NCBI GenBank assembly: GCA_003282175.1 | Contig: QBZX01000002.1 | Coordinates: 50,742-114,741, forward strand | Origin: Pelagibacteraceae bacterium AG-337-G06 | GTDB lineage: Bacteria > Pseudomonadota > Alphaproteobacteria > Pelagibacterales > AG-422-B15 | Direction: 5' to 3' | Length of the DNA: 64,000 nt | In this document: one piece after another, positions 50,554-61,583 of the stretch | How the letters are laid out: the number at the start of each line of letters is the position of its first letter | Position numbering within the stretch: the first letter of the stretch is position 1 | Position numbers and translations under genes: made by a program | Notes under the pieces: model-generated | The model's database searches: none | What the model saw: the letters and a program-made list of their open reading frames with translations, nothing else | What the model was told of the DNA's origin: nothing

Positions 50554-51486
50554 ATGAAAACAGCATTAATTTTTCCTGGACAAGGGTCTCAAAACGTTGG
50601 GATGGGGTACGACTTTTATTCTGATTTTCAGTCATCACGTGATATTTATGACCAGCTAGACAAAATAATGGGGGAAAGTCTTGCAAACTTAATTTTCAAA
50701 GGCGAAGAAAGTGAACTTGCCATGACAGAAAATTCACAACCCTCAATAATGGCAACAAGCATTGCAATATTCGCTGCTTTAAAAGAAAGTGGGAAATTAG
50801 ATGATCATTCTTTTGATTGTGTAGCTGGCCACTCTCTTGGTGAATACTCGGCATTAGTCGCTAACAAATCACTTAGTTTTAAAGACTCTTTAAAATTACT
50901 TAAAATTCGATCCAAAGCTATGCAAAAATGTATGCCAATTGGCACCGGAGGAATGGCAGCAATTATTGGAGGCAACGAAGAAGCGATAGCTGGCATCATC
51001 AGCGATATCAGTTCGGAAGGAAAAATTTTTATTGCTAATGATAATGCAATTGGGCAAATAGTTATAAGTGGTGAAATGAAAGCAATTGATTATGTTGTTG
51101 CAAATTCAAGAAAACTTGGTTTCAAAAAAGCTATTAAGCTGCCAGTAAGCGCCCCTTTTCATAGTGAGTTTATGATGAAAGCCTCAATGATAATGAAAGA
51201 TGAGATTAATAAATATAGTTTTAATGCTTTCGCTGTACCACTTTATTCTAACGTGTCTTCTTTACCTTGTAATGTAGGAGAAATAAAGCAGATTCTAGTA
51301 GATCAAATAATAAAAAAAGTTAGATGGAGAGAAATTATAGCAAATATGATAAATGATGGAGTGGAAAGGTTTATTGAAATCGGACCTGGCAATGTATTGA
51401 CGAATTTAGTAAAAAGAATGTCAAAAGAAACAATATCAATATCAATATCAAAAGTAGATGATTTTGAGAAATTGGATAATATTTAA
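50554..51486 (+). CDS. fabD: Malonyl-CoA:ACP transacylase
   Basis: FPGQGSQ, AGHSLGEY, LPVSAPFHS, EIGPG.VL. Confidence 0.97.
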   Translation: MKTALIFPGQGSQNVGMGYDFYSDFQSSRDIYDQLDKIMGESLANLIFKGEESELAMTENSQPSIMATSIAIFAALKESGKLDDHSFDCVAGHSLGEYSALVANKSLSFKDSLKLLKIRSKAMQKCMPIGTGGMAAIIGGNEEAIAGIISDISSEGKIFIANDNAIGQIVISGEMKAIDYVVANSRKLGFKKAIKLPVSAPFHSEFMMKASMIMKDEINKYSFNAFAVPLYSNVSSLPCNVGEIKQILVDQIIKKVRWREIIANMINDGVERFIEIGPGNVLTNLVKRMSKETISISISKVDDFEKLDNI

Positions 51487-51488
51487 TT

Positions 51489-52208
51489 ATGAAGAATGTT
51501 TTAATTACTGGAGCGACAGGTGGAATAGGGTCTTCAATATTAAAATTATTTTATGAGAATAATTATAATATATGCGTTACAGGTACCAACAAGGTTAAGC
51601 TAAATGAAATTGAGGTTAATTATAAAGGAAAAGTTAAATGTATTTCTTGCAATCTTAATGAAGAATTACAAATAGAGAGTCTGGTCCAGCTGTCTAATGA
51701 ATATTATGGATCAACTGACATACTCATTAATAATGCAGGAATTACTAAAGATAATTTGTTTTTAAGAATGAAAGATGAAGAATGGAACGATGTAATTAAT
51801 ATCAATCTAAACTCTAATTTTAAGCTAACAAAACAAATTTTAAAGGGTATGATAAAAAGTCGCTGGGGAAGGATTGTCAATATTTCATCAGATGCCGCTA
51901 AGATCGGAAATGCAGGTCAAGCGAACTATGTTGCCTCTAAATCTGCAATTGAAGGCCTTACACGGACACTTGCAAATGAAGTAGCTTCAAGGGGGGTAAC
52001 AGTTAACTGTGTCTCGCCAGGATTTGTTGAAACTGATATTCTTCAAACAATCGATAAAAAAACATTGCAAAATATGGTAGAAAAAATACCTCTTAGAAGA
52101 ATGGGAACAATCGATGAAATTGCCTCTGCAGTTTATTTTCTTTCTTCAGAAGAATCGGCCTATATTACAGGTCAAGTGCTTCATGTTAATGGCGGCTTGA
52201 CAATGTGA
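51489..52208 (+). CDS. fabG: 3-oxoacyl-ACP reductase
   Basis: TGATGGIG, NNAGITKD.L..RM, GN.GQANYVASK, TGQVLHVNGG; located between fabD and acpP. Confidence 0.95.
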   Translation: MKNVLITGATGGIGSSILKLFYENNYNICVTGTNKVKLNEIEVNYKGKVKCISCNLNEELQIESLVQLSNEYYGSTDILINNAGITKDNLFLRMKDEEWNDVININLNSNFKLTKQILKGMIKSRWGRIVNISSDAAKIGNAGQANYVASKSAIEGLTRTLANEVASRGVTVNCVSPGFVETDILQTIDKKTLQNMVEKIPLRRMGTIDEIASAVYFLSSEESAYITGQVLHVNGGLTM

Positions 52209-52256
52209 TGCAGAACGTACTAAACAAAATGTTAATATATTAAAACAGGAGTATTT

Positions 52257-52490
52257 ATGAGTGAAGTTGCTGACAAAGTTAAAAAAATTATTGCTGAACA
52301 TTTAGGTATAGATGATATGAGTAAGATCACAGATGATGCAAAATTTATTGATGACTTAGGAGCAGATAGTTTAGATACTGTAGAACTTGTCATGGCCTTT
52401 GAAGAAGCTTTTGATGTTGAAATCCCAGATGACAAAGCAGAAACAATATTAACTGTTGGAGATGCAATATCTCACTTAGAAACAGACTAG
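52257..52490 (+). CDS. acpP: Acyl carrier protein
   Basis: [20 protein letters not shown]; SD AGGAG upstream. Confidence 0.98.
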   Translation: MSEVADKVKKIIAEHLGIDDMSKITDDAKFIDDLGADSLDTVELVMAFEEAFDVEIPDDKAETILTVGDAISHLETD

Positions 52491-52503
52491 TAAAAACAAT
52501 TTA

Positions 52504-53766
52504 ATGAAGAGAGTTGTAGTTACCGGAATGGGGCTAGTGACCCCGTTTGGCTGTGGAAAGTCACAAAACTGGAATAGCTTAATATCTGCTAAATCTGGCG
52601 CTACTAAAATTTCAAAATTTGACTACACAAAATATAAATGCCAAGTCGCATGTGAAGTTCCTATAGGCAATGGAGAAAATGGAACTTTTAATGCTGAGGA
52701 CTGGATTGAGAGAAAAGAAATTAAAAAAATTGATGATTTTATTAAATATGCAATGGCTGCTGGTGAGGAAGCGTTTCAAGACAGTAATTTAGGCACAATC
52801 AATGATCCACAGTCTTACCGTGCAGGTTGTATTATTGGCTCCGGCATGGGTGGACTACCTGGAATTGAACGTACATCCATTGATTATTCAAATGGAAAAA
52901 AAATCAGCCCTTTTTTTATAACTGGAAGAATAATCAATATGCCAGCTGGCTACTTATCAATTAAATATAATTTAAAAGGACCAAATTACTCAACAGTTTC
53001 TGCTTGCGCTTCTTCTGCTCATGCAATTGGTGAGTCATTTCGCCTAATTCAGCATGGACAGGTCGATATCATGATGACCGGCGGATCAGAAGCGACTATA
53101 AGCCCTACAGGCATTGAGGGATTTACAGCGTGTAGAGCATTAAGTACAAAATTTAATGATAACCCCTCAAAATCTTCTAGGCCCTTTGATGAAGACAGAG
53201 ATGGTTTTGTTATGGGGGAAGGTGGCGCAGTTCTTATTCTTGAAGAATTAGATCATGCACTAAAACGTAATGCAAAAATACTGTGTGAAATTAAGGGCTA
53301 TGGAATGTCGTCAGATGCATATCACTATACCTTACCAGATATTTCAGGAGATGGAGCTTACAGGGCAATGAATAATGCTATTGAGGATGCCGAAATTCAG
53401 TCAAATGAAATTCAATATATTAACGCTCATGGAACTTCAACTCCAGCAGGAGATAAAGCTGAGGCTCTAGCTATTGATAGATTATTCGAAGAGAACTCAG
53501 AAAAAGTCTGTGTATCATCAACAAAATCACAAATAGGTCACTTGTTGGGGGCTGCTGGAGCCGTTGAGGCAATATTTTCGATTATGAGTTTAGAAAATGA
53601 AATAGTACCTATTAATTTAAACTTAGAAAATGAGTTGGAAACAAAAAAAATAAATTTTATTAAATCTGAACCTTTAATAATGAAACTTACTAACATAATG
53701 TCGAATTCATTTGGTTTTGGTGGGACAAATGTTTCGTTGATATTCTCTAAGTTTGATGACATATAG
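52504..53766 (+). CDS. fabF: 3-oxoacyl-ACP synthase II
   Basis: RVVVTGMG, SACASSAH (Cys), NAHGTST, STKSQIGHLLGAAG, SNSFGFGGTN. Confidence 0.97.
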   Translation: MKRVVVTGMGLVTPFGCGKSQNWNSLISAKSGATKISKFDYTKYKCQVACEVPIGNGENGTFNAEDWIERKEIKKIDDFIKYAMAAGEEAFQDSNLGTINDPQSYRAGCIIGSGMGGLPGIERTSIDYSNGKKISPFFITGRIINMPAGYLSIKYNLKGPNYSTVSACASSAHAIGESFRLIQHGQVDIMMTGGSEATISPTGIEGFTACRALSTKFNDNPSKSSRPFDEDRDGFVMGEGGAVLILEELDHALKRNAKILCEIKGYGMSSDAYHYTLPDISGDGAYRAMNNAIEDAEIQSNEIQYINAHGTSTPAGDKAEALAIDRLFEENSEKVCVSSTKSQIGHLLGAAGAVEAIFSIMSLENEIVPINLNLENELETKKINFIKSEPLIMKLTNIMSNSFGFGGTNVSLIFSKFDDI

Positions 53767-54355
53767 TCTTAATTCAAATAAATTGATTATTGTCATATCA
53801 TCACCTTCTGGAGCAGGAAAATCATCTATATGTAAACAGTTATTAAAGGATGATCCTCAATTAAATATATCTATTTCAGATACTACAAGACTCCCAAGAG
53901 ATAATGAAACAAACGGTAGAGACTATAACTTTATTAATAAAGATGAATTTGAGAGTAAAATTAAAAATAAGGAATATATTGAATATGCGAGAGTTTTTGG
54001 CAATTACTATGGATCACTTCAAAAGGATGTTCAAAAATCACTAGATAATGGTTTTGATGTTCTGTTTGATATAGATTGGCAAGGTTTCCTTCAGCTTAAA
54101 GCCTCTAATCGGCCAAACTTGTTAACTATTTTTATCATTCCTCCCTCAAAAGAGATTATATACGAAAGACTTAAGTTAAGAGCAGAAAAATCTGGAGATA
54201 ACGAACAAGCTATTCAATATCGAATGAAAATGTACGAAACTGAAATGAGTCATCAAAATGAATACCAATACATTGTTGAAAATGATAAATTTGATGAATG
54301 TGTTACAAAAATAAAGAAAATAATATTTGAAGCTAGGACAAAATTAAATGCCTGA
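53756..54355 (+). CDS. gmk: Guanylate kinase
   Basis: SSPSGAGKSS, TTR.PR..E..GRDY.F, EYARVFGNYYG, FDIDWQG. Confidence 0.96.
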   Translation: MTYSLNSNKLIIVISSPSGAGKSSICKQLLKDDPQLNISISDTTRLPRDNETNGRDYNFINKDEFESKIKNKEYIEYARVFGNYYGSLQKDVQKSLDNGFDVLFDIDWQGFLQLKASNRPNLLTIFIIPPSKEIIYERLKLRAEKSGDNEQAIQYRMKMYETEMSHQNEYQYIVENDKFDECVTKIKKIIFEARTKLNA

Positions 54356-55135
54356 AGCAAGCTTACAATAATCATCAACTGATAAGTTTTCTGCTCTTAA
54401 CCCATCATCAATATCAAACCTTTTTAAAAGGTAGTCATAATCCCTTAAACTAGTTTTAATTTTCTTCCTTCTGTGTTCAAACGATTTTCTGAGTAATTTT
54501 TGCAAATTTGAGATGTCAATATTCAGATACCTTGTAATTGGAATAAATTCAAGTATAGTTCCATCGACTTTTGGCTTTGGAAAAAAAATATTTGATGGTG
54601 CGCTTAAAAGTTCTTTTATTTCACAACGGGCTTGAGATATAACTGATATGCGACTGTAACTTTTTTGATTGTGTTTAGCGACTATTCGATTGGCAACTTC
54701 TTTTTGAAACATCAACACCATCTTATTATAAAAAGGTGGCCAATTGTAATTAACTATCCAGTTTACAAGAAGTTGAGATGACATATTAAATGGTAGATTT
54801 CCAACAATTAATGATTTTTGACTTTTATTTATAGCCTCATAGTCATAATTAATTGCATCGGCATTAAATACAAATATATTTTTATCATTTTTGAACCTAT
54901 CATTTAATTTTTGAAATAATAAAAAATCTTTTTCAATTAAATATAAGTTCTTAAATTTTTTTTTTATCAATTGATCAGTCAAAGCTCCCATACCAGGGCC
55001 GATTTCAAAGATATTAGTATCATTATCACTACGAATTAATGCACTTAATTTTAGAATAAAATCTTTATTTTGAATAAAGTTTTGGCCAAGAGATTTTTTT
55101 GGATACGTCTTATTTATATTCGATTGTAGCTTCAT
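54344..55135 (-). CDS. rsmA: 16S rRNA m6,2A dimethyltransferase RsmA/KsgA
   Basis: PKKSLGQNF, EIGPGMGALT, GNLPFN, MFQKEVA.RI, F.PKPKVD, RAENLS. Confidence 0.96.
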   Translation of the reverse strand: MKLQSNINKTYPKKSLGQNFIQNKDFILKLSALIRSDNDTNIFEIGPGMGALTDQLIKKKFKNLYLIEKDFLLFQKLNDRFKNDKNIFVFNADAINYDYEAINKSQKSLIVGNLPFNMSSQLLVNWIVNYNWPPFYNKMVLMFQKEVANRIVAKHNQKSYSRISVISQARCEIKELLSAPSNIFFPKPKVDGTILEFIPITRYLNIDISNLQKLLRKSFEHRRKKIKTSLRDYDYLLKRFDIDDGLRAENLSVDDYCKLASGI

Positions 55136-55721
55136 TAAACAAGTCTCTTATCATTTTATCGCTCTTTAAATCTAATTGTTTTTGCACAATCATTTCTCTA
55201 GCTTTTTCCTTTGATATGTTTGGATTTTTCATAATAATTTCCTGAATTTCAATCTCACTAGTAGACGTAAGTCGATAATACATTCCTGAAATTAGCTTTT
55301 GCCAAGAAATGCCATCCATTAAATATTTTTTAAATTCACTATACTTGACTTCATTCAATTCAAATACTCTATTAAGATCTTCTTTATTGAATGGATTATT
55401 GCGGTAAAAAAGTAATTCCTGTTGCAAATATTCTTCTTCACTTACAGAAATATCATATTCCTGTATTTTTTGATTTTTAAGATTTTCTTTTATCAGTTCA
55501 TCTACTACTGAATTCAGTATTTGATTATTGTTTTCAGCAGTAATATCGATACCTGATAAAATAGCACCCATCTTCATTCTTTGCACAACATCATAAGACG
55601 TAATAATCTGATCGTTTACAAGTACAGCTATTCTATGGTCGTTTGTGCTAAATGAATTTGCATTCAAAATTAATGACTGTATTATAACTATTATTAGCAA
55701 AATTCTTTTCGTAATTTTCAT
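55110..55721 (-). CDS. surA: Minimal SurA-like chaperone (N- and C-terminal core, no parvulin domain)
   Basis: Signal peptide, IAVLVND.IITSYDV..R, LI.E.LK.Q, C-terminal RDL...ATIEYK; lptD-surA-rsmA synteny. Confidence 0.75.
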   Translation of the reverse strand: MKITKRILLIIVIIQSLILNANSFSTNDHRIAVLVNDQIITSYDVVQRMKMGAILSGIDITAENNNQILNSVVDELIKENLKNQKIQEYDISVSEEEYLQQELLFYRNNPFNKEDLNRVFELNEVKYSEFKKYLMDGISWQKLISGMYYRLTSTSEIEIQEIIMKNPNISKEKAREMIVQKQLDLKSDKMIRDLFNEATIEYK

Positions 55722-55729
55722 TTTAATTA

Positions 55730-57817
55730 TTAAATTCTTGGTCCAAAAACTTTATTTTTCCCATAATTTTTTGTTGAGCCAAATGGCTTTAGTACTACAG
55801 TAAAGCTAAAACCATCACTTTCTTCTATATCCCTGTCTTTTGTAAGATCTCTATAATAATTAAAGTCAATTCCTAGGCAATCATTTTCATAGACTATGCC
55901 ATGTTGATAGCCTATGTTTTTATTTGTATCTAAATTTTTTGCTCCAGTAAATTTTAAAAATAAATTATTTTCCAATTCAAATTTTCCTGCCAATGCAACT
56001 TGCTCTGCAGGATCACTATACTTACCTGAAGTATAATCATAATTAATAGCAAATATTAAATCTCCAAATCTATTAAATGTATTGGCATTTAAAGATCTCA
56101 TCTTTAAATCGTCCCTATCAATTATTAGTGAGCCGTCTAAATAATTTTCTAAGTTGATATTTATATTTGAATTGACGAAATAATCAGATATTTCTCTAGC
56201 TTCATCATTACTGCGTTTATTAAAACGATAGTTTTGACCTATTACAGTACTAATGTCAGGCCCTTTCGCTGAATTAATAAACCATTCAATTCCATAATTT
56301 ATTCTAGGCCCACTTTCCCATTCATTGATAGAAGTCGCCCTATTTGTTGAAAATAGATTACTATTTGTAACTGTTTGAGCTTCTGTGTAGTTATTATAAG
56401 GAGCAACAATAGGCATAATTATAGGTGTGACAGTTTGATTAAATGTCGAGGAGGAATTTAATAAAGGATAAGATATTTTTGAACTAAGTTGGGGATAAAA
56501 ACGAGTATTACTTGTATCGGATCTTGATTTTTCATCAATTGAAATAGATGCGACTCTCAAATTTGCTTCATTATCATAAATAATCCCTAAATTTTTATTT
56601 ATTTCTTGATGTGACCAATTAAGTTGAGTGGAAGCAAGAGATACATAATTTTCATTAAGATTTTTTCTAATTGAAAGTTTATTATTGAGCGATACATTTC
56701 CTTTCAAGTTACTGTTATTAATATTGTAGATGTCATAAATAATATTTGGATATAAGTACTCCCATTGCTGATTTTCTGTTGTTAAATGTTTGTAACCTAT
56801 TGTTTCAATTGAAAAATAGGTGTCACTTTCTTCTCTATCAAACTCTATTCCTGATTTTAACACAGTAAGATTATTGATTTTATTTTTACGCATATAGGTA
56901 TCGTTATTACTTGTTTTTATATATGTATTTAAGTTGCCATAAGAATTAAAAATTTTACTTTCAAGAAATATATGATTACTAGTACCAGTATCATCGTCAT
57001 TGTCATCAATGCTTGAATTAATTTCTAGATCGACTAAATTGTTAAGATGCCTATAATCTAAATTATAAAAATTATTTCCTACAGTTTGGATGTTAGGAGT
57101 AAATGTAAGATCACGATTACTCGCAAGATTTAGAAAAATCGGTATTGAAAAAGTTTCACCTAATTGATCATCAGTTTTAATAGTTGGCATCAAAAACCCA
57201 GATCTTTTTTTAACCGATGGGTCCGGATGAGAAAAATAGGGCAAATAAAAAACTGGAATATTAAATAATTGAATTTGAGCGTGATCATAGTGAATTGTTT
57301 TCTTTACATTATTGTGATAAATTTTTTTAGACTTAAGTTTCCAACCAGGGCAATTTTTAATCAAATAATTTTCTTTTGCACATGGAGTATACTCAGCATT
57401 CTCAACAATACTAATTTCATCTTGCATATCAAAGCTAGAGCCAACAATTCTAGAGCCATCGTGAAGCCGAGCTCTGACAGCTTTTCCAGATATAAGATTT
57501 AAATTGTTTGCTGCATTGAGTTCACTTAGAAAAAAAGTGTTTTGCATTTGATCATTAATTATTACATTTCCATTAGCTTCAAGAAAATCATTACTTTTAT
57601 CATATGTTAATTTGTTTGATTTAATTTTTAAATTATCTTCATTTATAGCGATAGCATCTCCAGTAGCTTTTACTTTTTCATTAATCTCATCAACTTTAAT
57701 TTTATCTGCATAAATTTTAATTTTCTCATCAGCATATATCGCATTATAACAAAGAAGAAAAATAACTAACGAAATAAAAACTGCCAAGAATGCTCTATTT
57801 TTTTTTATACAGCTCAT
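55730..57817 (-). CDS. lptD: LPS-assembly outer membrane protein LptD
   Basis: I.AD.I, YTPC......CP.W, PVFYLPYFSHPDP.VK.RSGFL.P, Y.NDC; follows lptFG. Confidence 0.92.
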   Translation of the reverse strand: MSCIKKNRAFLAVFISLVIFLLCYNAIYADEKIKIYADKIKVDEINEKVKATGDAIAINEDNLKIKSNKLTYDKSNDFLEANGNVIINDQMQNTFFLSELNAANNLNLISGKAVRARLHDGSRIVGSSFDMQDEISIVENAEYTPCAKENYLIKNCPGWKLKSKKIYHNNVKKTIHYDHAQIQLFNIPVFYLPYFSHPDPSVKKRSGFLMPTIKTDDQLGETFSIPIFLNLASNRDLTFTPNIQTVGNNFYNLDYRHLNNLVDLEINSSIDDNDDDTGTSNHIFLESKIFNSYGNLNTYIKTSNNDTYMRKNKINNLTVLKSGIEFDREESDTYFSIETIGYKHLTTENQQWEYLYPNIIYDIYNINNSNLKGNVSLNNKLSIRKNLNENYVSLASTQLNWSHQEINKNLGIIYDNEANLRVASISIDEKSRSDTSNTRFYPQLSSKISYPLLNSSSTFNQTVTPIIMPIVAPYNNYTEAQTVTNSNLFSTNRATSINEWESGPRINYGIEWFINSAKGPDISTVIGQNYRFNKRSNDEAREISDYFVNSNININLENYLDGSLIIDRDDLKMRSLNANTFNRFGDLIFAINYDYTSGKYSDPAEQVALAGKFELENNLFLKFTGAKNLDTNKNIGYQHGIVYENDCLGIDFNYYRDLTKDRDIEESDGFSFTVVLKPFGSTKNYGKNKVFGPRI

Positions 57818-58923
57818 CTAATAATTTTCTTTCTTCTTAATTCTAAGTATTGATAAATGAATACTGCAATTCCAAATGTAATAACTGGCATACTAAAACT
57901 AGCAACAATAGGATGAATTTGAGAAGTAGATCCTAAAGCATTAAGTAAGTTCGATATAAAGTATAAGAAAAATATTATGATTAATGAACTTATTATAATT
58001 TTAGAAAATTTATTATTATGCTTAATACCTTGCACTAGGCAAAATGCTAAAAGAACAAGGGTAGAAATAAAAAATGGAAGACTTACAAGACTGTATAAAT
58101 GCATTTTAAAATCAATTGCAGAATAGCCTAATTCTTCTAGAAAATTTATAAATGTTAATAGGCGCCATACAGAAATACTAGAGGGCGAGGAAAGACTATC
58201 TGATATATCTTCAGGTTTAATATTTGTCTTATAATTAAGGTAATTTTGAAATCTTGTTTCACCGTATTTTGGTGTTAGCTGTATTGCAGACATCATCCAA
58301 TATCCATCTTTAAGTTCAGCTCTTTTTCCGTCAATCCTGCCATTAAAAGCTCCTTTATCGTCGTATTCTAATAGCATAAAAGAATTTAAGACCCTGCCTT
58401 CTTGCTCAGTGCTTTTAGCATAAAGCACACTTGTCAGGTTTGTTTCGTAATTATCTTGTTTGAGCCAAAGGCCATATTTTGTAATAGATGCAAATTTATC
58501 AACTCGGTCTATATATTCATATTCTAAGTTAGAGTATCTATCATCAAATGCAGCAATAAGTGGGTTTGCTAGAGTGATAAATGTAATTCCAATAAAAAAA
58601 TGAAGAATTAAGGCTGGAAAAATAGTTTTTAGATTAGAAATACCCATGCCGCTAATTACTGTTAGTTCTGAATTTCTAATCATAATTAATAATGCCAAAA
58701 TTGAAGAGAAAAAAGAAGTTATTGGCAATGTAAATGTAATTAAATTAGGAAAGTTAAACAGTGTAAGCTGTAATATAATGTTAAAGGGTACTTCTTTTCC
58801 AGCTGTTTTTCTAAATTGTTCAACAAAATCTCCAATAAAAATTATAGAGGCTAATATGATAAAAGTTATAAAAAAAGAATATAGAAAGTTATTTAATATA
58901 TAGTAATTTATTTTATTAAACAT
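57814..58923 (-). CDS. lptG: LPS export ABC permease LptG
   Basis: LptF/G architecture, RNSEL.VI...G.S, GLWLKQ, R.D...A.L..G.W. Confidence 0.88.
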   Translation of the reverse strand: MFNKINYYILNNFLYSFFITFIILASIIFIGDFVEQFRKTAGKEVPFNIILQLTLFNFPNLITFTLPITSFFSSILALLIMIRNSELTVISGMGISNLKTIFPALILHFFIGITFITLANPLIAAFDDRYSNLEYEYIDRVDKFASITKYGLWLKQDNYETNLTSVLYAKSTEQEGRVLNSFMLLEYDDKGAFNGRIDGKRAELKDGYWMMSAIQLTPKYGETRFQNYLNYKTNIKPEDISDSLSSPSSISVWRLLTFINFLEELGYSAIDFKMHLYSLVSLPFFISTLVLLAFCLVQGIKHNNKFSKIIISSLIIIFFLYFISNLLNALGSTSQIHPIVASFSMPVITFGIAVFIYQYLELRRKKIIR

Positions 58924-60031
58924 TTTTATTTCTTGATAGGTATAAAAAATCTTTATACAGATAAATTAGTGTTACCAAAATTATCATTATTGGAAATGAG
59001 TAATAAAGCGTAACTAATTGACTATTTTCGATTAGCAAATTCGAAAATGTAATTTGGAATATCTGAATTACAAAAGCTATGGCAGAAACAGCAATTATAG
59101 GAAAGCGCCAGCTGTCATCGGGTCTCTTAGAAAAATTAATCATGAGAAGAGGCAGCAATGCATAAAATATTATGTATATTGGATTAACATATCTTTTATG
59201 CAACTCAGCAAACTGTTCTTTTTCATTTTTTGAAAAGTTATTATGGGATATATTTTTTAATTTATTTCTTATATCACTTGTAGATAGTTCATCTGGAAAA
59301 ATATGTGAACTCTCTTTCTTATTAAAAGGCGTAAGGTCAAGATTATAGGTATCAAAAGCAATTTCTGATACTCGGTTTACATCGCTATCATATATTTGTA
59401 TAAAGCCATTAAATAATCTTAAATAATTTACATTATCTTTTGTAACGAATTTACCTTTCTCAGCTATGTACGTCTGAGGTTTATTAACATTGCTTTGATC
59501 ATGTATTAAAAGCCCAAATATTTCATCATCTTTTTTTTCCTGCAAGAATACTGTAAAGTTATTTGTAGGTGAGACAAACTTTTTTTCTTTTAATAAAGAT
59601 ATGTGTATACCCGAGGATCTTATTTCAATAATTTTATACCTAAGTTCATTTAATGAGCTTGGTGTTAAAAAAAGACTAAAAAAGAAAACTACTAGAAACA
59701 TAAAAGAAGAAAATAAAATTATGGGCTTTATTAAAATATTTTTTTCTGATTTGCCTGAAGTCCCAAGTATGATTAATTCACTATCATTACGAAGCCTATT
59801 TAGATTAAACAGGACAGCTAAAAAGATACATACTGGAAAAGTTAACAGAATAATTTTGGGCAACAAAAGAACCACATATGAAAGATAGGTTTCAATTGAA
59901 ACATTGTTCGTTGTTAGTAGGTCAATATGTCTCAATCCTTGTCCTAGCCATATTATCCCAGTTAGTAAAATTGATAGAAACAAAAAACTTGAAGTGATTT
60001 CTTTAATCGCATATGTTGTAAATCTTGACAT
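58916..60031 (-). CDS. lptF: LPS export ABC permease LptF
   Basis: IIWL.Q.LR.IDL, NRL..DSEL, AELH.R...P; first of the permease pair, divergent from pepA. Confidence 0.88.
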   Translation of the reverse strand: MSRFTTYAIKEITSSFLFLSILLTGIIWLGQGLRHIDLLTTNNVSIETYLSYVVLLLPKIILLTFPVCIFLAVLFNLNRLRNDSELIILGTSGKSEKNILIKPIILFSSFMFLVVFFFSLFLTPSSLNELRYKIIEIRSSGIHISLLKEKKFVSPTNNFTVFLQEKKDDEIFGLLIHDQSNVNKPQTYIAEKGKFVTKDNVNYLRLFNGFIQIYDSDVNRVSEIAFDTYNLDLTPFNKKESSHIFPDELSTSDIRNKLKNISHNNFSKNEKEQFAELHKRYVNPIYIIFYALLPLLMINFSKRPDDSWRFPIIAVSAIAFVIQIFQITFSNLLIENSQLVTLYYSFPIMIILVTLIYLYKDFLYLSRNKNV

Positions 60032-60038
60032 TTTCTCA

Positions 60039-60047
60039 ATTATATCA
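60039..60047 (-). promoter_or_regulatory. Extended -10 element of lptF (leaderless-type)
   Basis: Minus strand reads TG-A-TATAAT, then 7 nt, then ATG at 60031. Confidence 0.5.
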
Positions 60048-60071
60048 ATATTTTGTTAAAGGTATATATGT

Positions 60072-61583
60072 ATGGATATTCAATTTAGTAACTTAAAACA
60101 AGCAAAAGATGCCGTGGGTATTATATTTTGTGATCATAATTGTAGGTTAATAGGTTATGGTAAAAAATTAGACCTGCTCTCAAAAAAATACTTATCAAAT
60201 ACAATTAAATCTGATGAGTCATTCAAGTCTAGAAAATCAAAAAATTTTGATTACTTGATTATTCATAATCCACAAAACCTTAGTTTTTCAAAGCTATATG
60301 TATTTAAATTAAAAAATATTAACAATGCTTCAAATAGAGACTTTCAAATTTTAGGAGGAAGTCTTCAATCTCTTGTAAAATTTTACAAAGAACATAACGT
60401 CATCATTTACCCTGATGGAATTAATTCATCTAAATTAAGCTTTGCAAACTCTACAAGTGATATGCTACTCGGATTTTTATTAGCGTCTTACAAATTCACA
60501 AAGTATTTTTCTAAAAAAGGTAAGAAAAAAAACATCAACACAATAAAAATAAAAATTTATTCAGCTCAGTATTCAAGATTACAAAAAGGCTATGAAACGG
60601 TGAAAGCCATTCATGATGGTGTCACGATGACAAGAAATCTTGTAACAGAACCGCCAAATATTATGACTCCGCCTGAGTTAGCTAAGAATGCTGCCTCGCT
60701 AGAAAAAGTAGGTGTGAAAGTTACAATTCTTGGTGAAAAAGAAATGACTAAACTTGGTATGGGATCTTTACTTAGTGTTGGGCGCGGAAGCGAACATGAG
60801 TCCAAACTAGCCATCATGGAATGGAAAGGTCATAAAAATAAAAAGAAAAAACCGATTGCGTTTATAGGTAAAGGAGTATCATTTGACACAGGTGGAGTTT
60901 CACTTAAGCCTGCAGGTGGGATGGAAGAAATGAAATATGATATGGGAGGTTCAGCTGTCGTTATTGGATTAATGAAGACATTAGCCATAAGAAAAGCAAG
61001 GACAAATGTAATAGGTGTTGTAGGTCTTGTTGAAAACCACATTGGAAATATGGCAACAAGACCAAGTGACGTAGTGAAATCTTATTCAGGTCAAACAATA
61101 GAGGTGTTAAATACTGATGCTGAAGGTAGACTGGTGCTTGCTGACGCTCTCTGGTATACCCAAGAGAAATATAAGCCTGAGTTAATGGTTGATTTAGCTA
61201 CCTTAACTGGAGCAATAATTATCGCAATCGGCAATGAATATGCAGGATTATTTTCCAATAACGACAAATTAAGTAAACAGCTGGAAGATGCTGGCAAGAT
61301 TGAAGATGAAAAACTATGGAGATTCCCGCTTCATGATAAATTTGATAAAATGATAAATTCATCAATTGCAGATATGCAAAACATTTCCAATGGAAGAGGA
61401 GCGGGTTCTATTACTGCAGCTCAGTTTTTACAAAGATTTGTTAATAAGGTCCCTTGGGCACATCTAGACATTGCTGGAACAACATGGTCAAAAACAAATT
61501 TACCAACATCTCCAAAAGGAGCAACAGCATTTGGGGTGAAGCTTCTAAATAAATTTGTATCAAAATATCATGAGGGTAAATAA
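60072..61583 (+). CDS. pepA: Leucyl aminopeptidase (M17)
   Basis: [49 protein letters not shown]. Confidence 0.96.
   Translation: MDIQFSNLKQAKDAVGIIFCDHNCRLIGYGKKLDLLSKKYLSNTIKSDESFKSRKSKNFDYLIIHNPQNLSFSKLYVFKLKNINNASNRDFQILGGSLQSLVKFYKEHNVIIYPDGINSSKLSFANSTSDMLLGFLLASYKFTKYFSKKGKKKNINTIKIKIYSAQYSRLQKGYETVKAIHDGVTMTRNLVTEPPNIMTPPELAKNAASLEKVGVKVTILGEKEMTKLGMGSLLSVGRGSEHESKLAIMEWKGHKNKKKKPIAFIGKGVSFDTGGVSLKPAGGMEEMKYDMGGSAVVIGLMKTLAIRKARTNVIGVVGLVENHIGNMATRPSDVVKSYSGQTIEVLNTDAEGRLVLADALWYTQEKYKPELMVDLATLTGAIIIAIGNEYAGLFSNNDKLSKQLEDAGKIEDEKLWRFPLHDKFDKMINSSIADMQNISNGRGAGSITAAQFLQRFVNKVPWAHLDIAGTTWSKTNLPTSPKGATAFGVKLLNKFVSKYHEGK

Noticed and set aside
51431-51450. (CAATAT)x3 microrepeat at the end of fabD
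   Set aside because: It is in frame, encodes ISISIS, and is too short to suggest phase variation.
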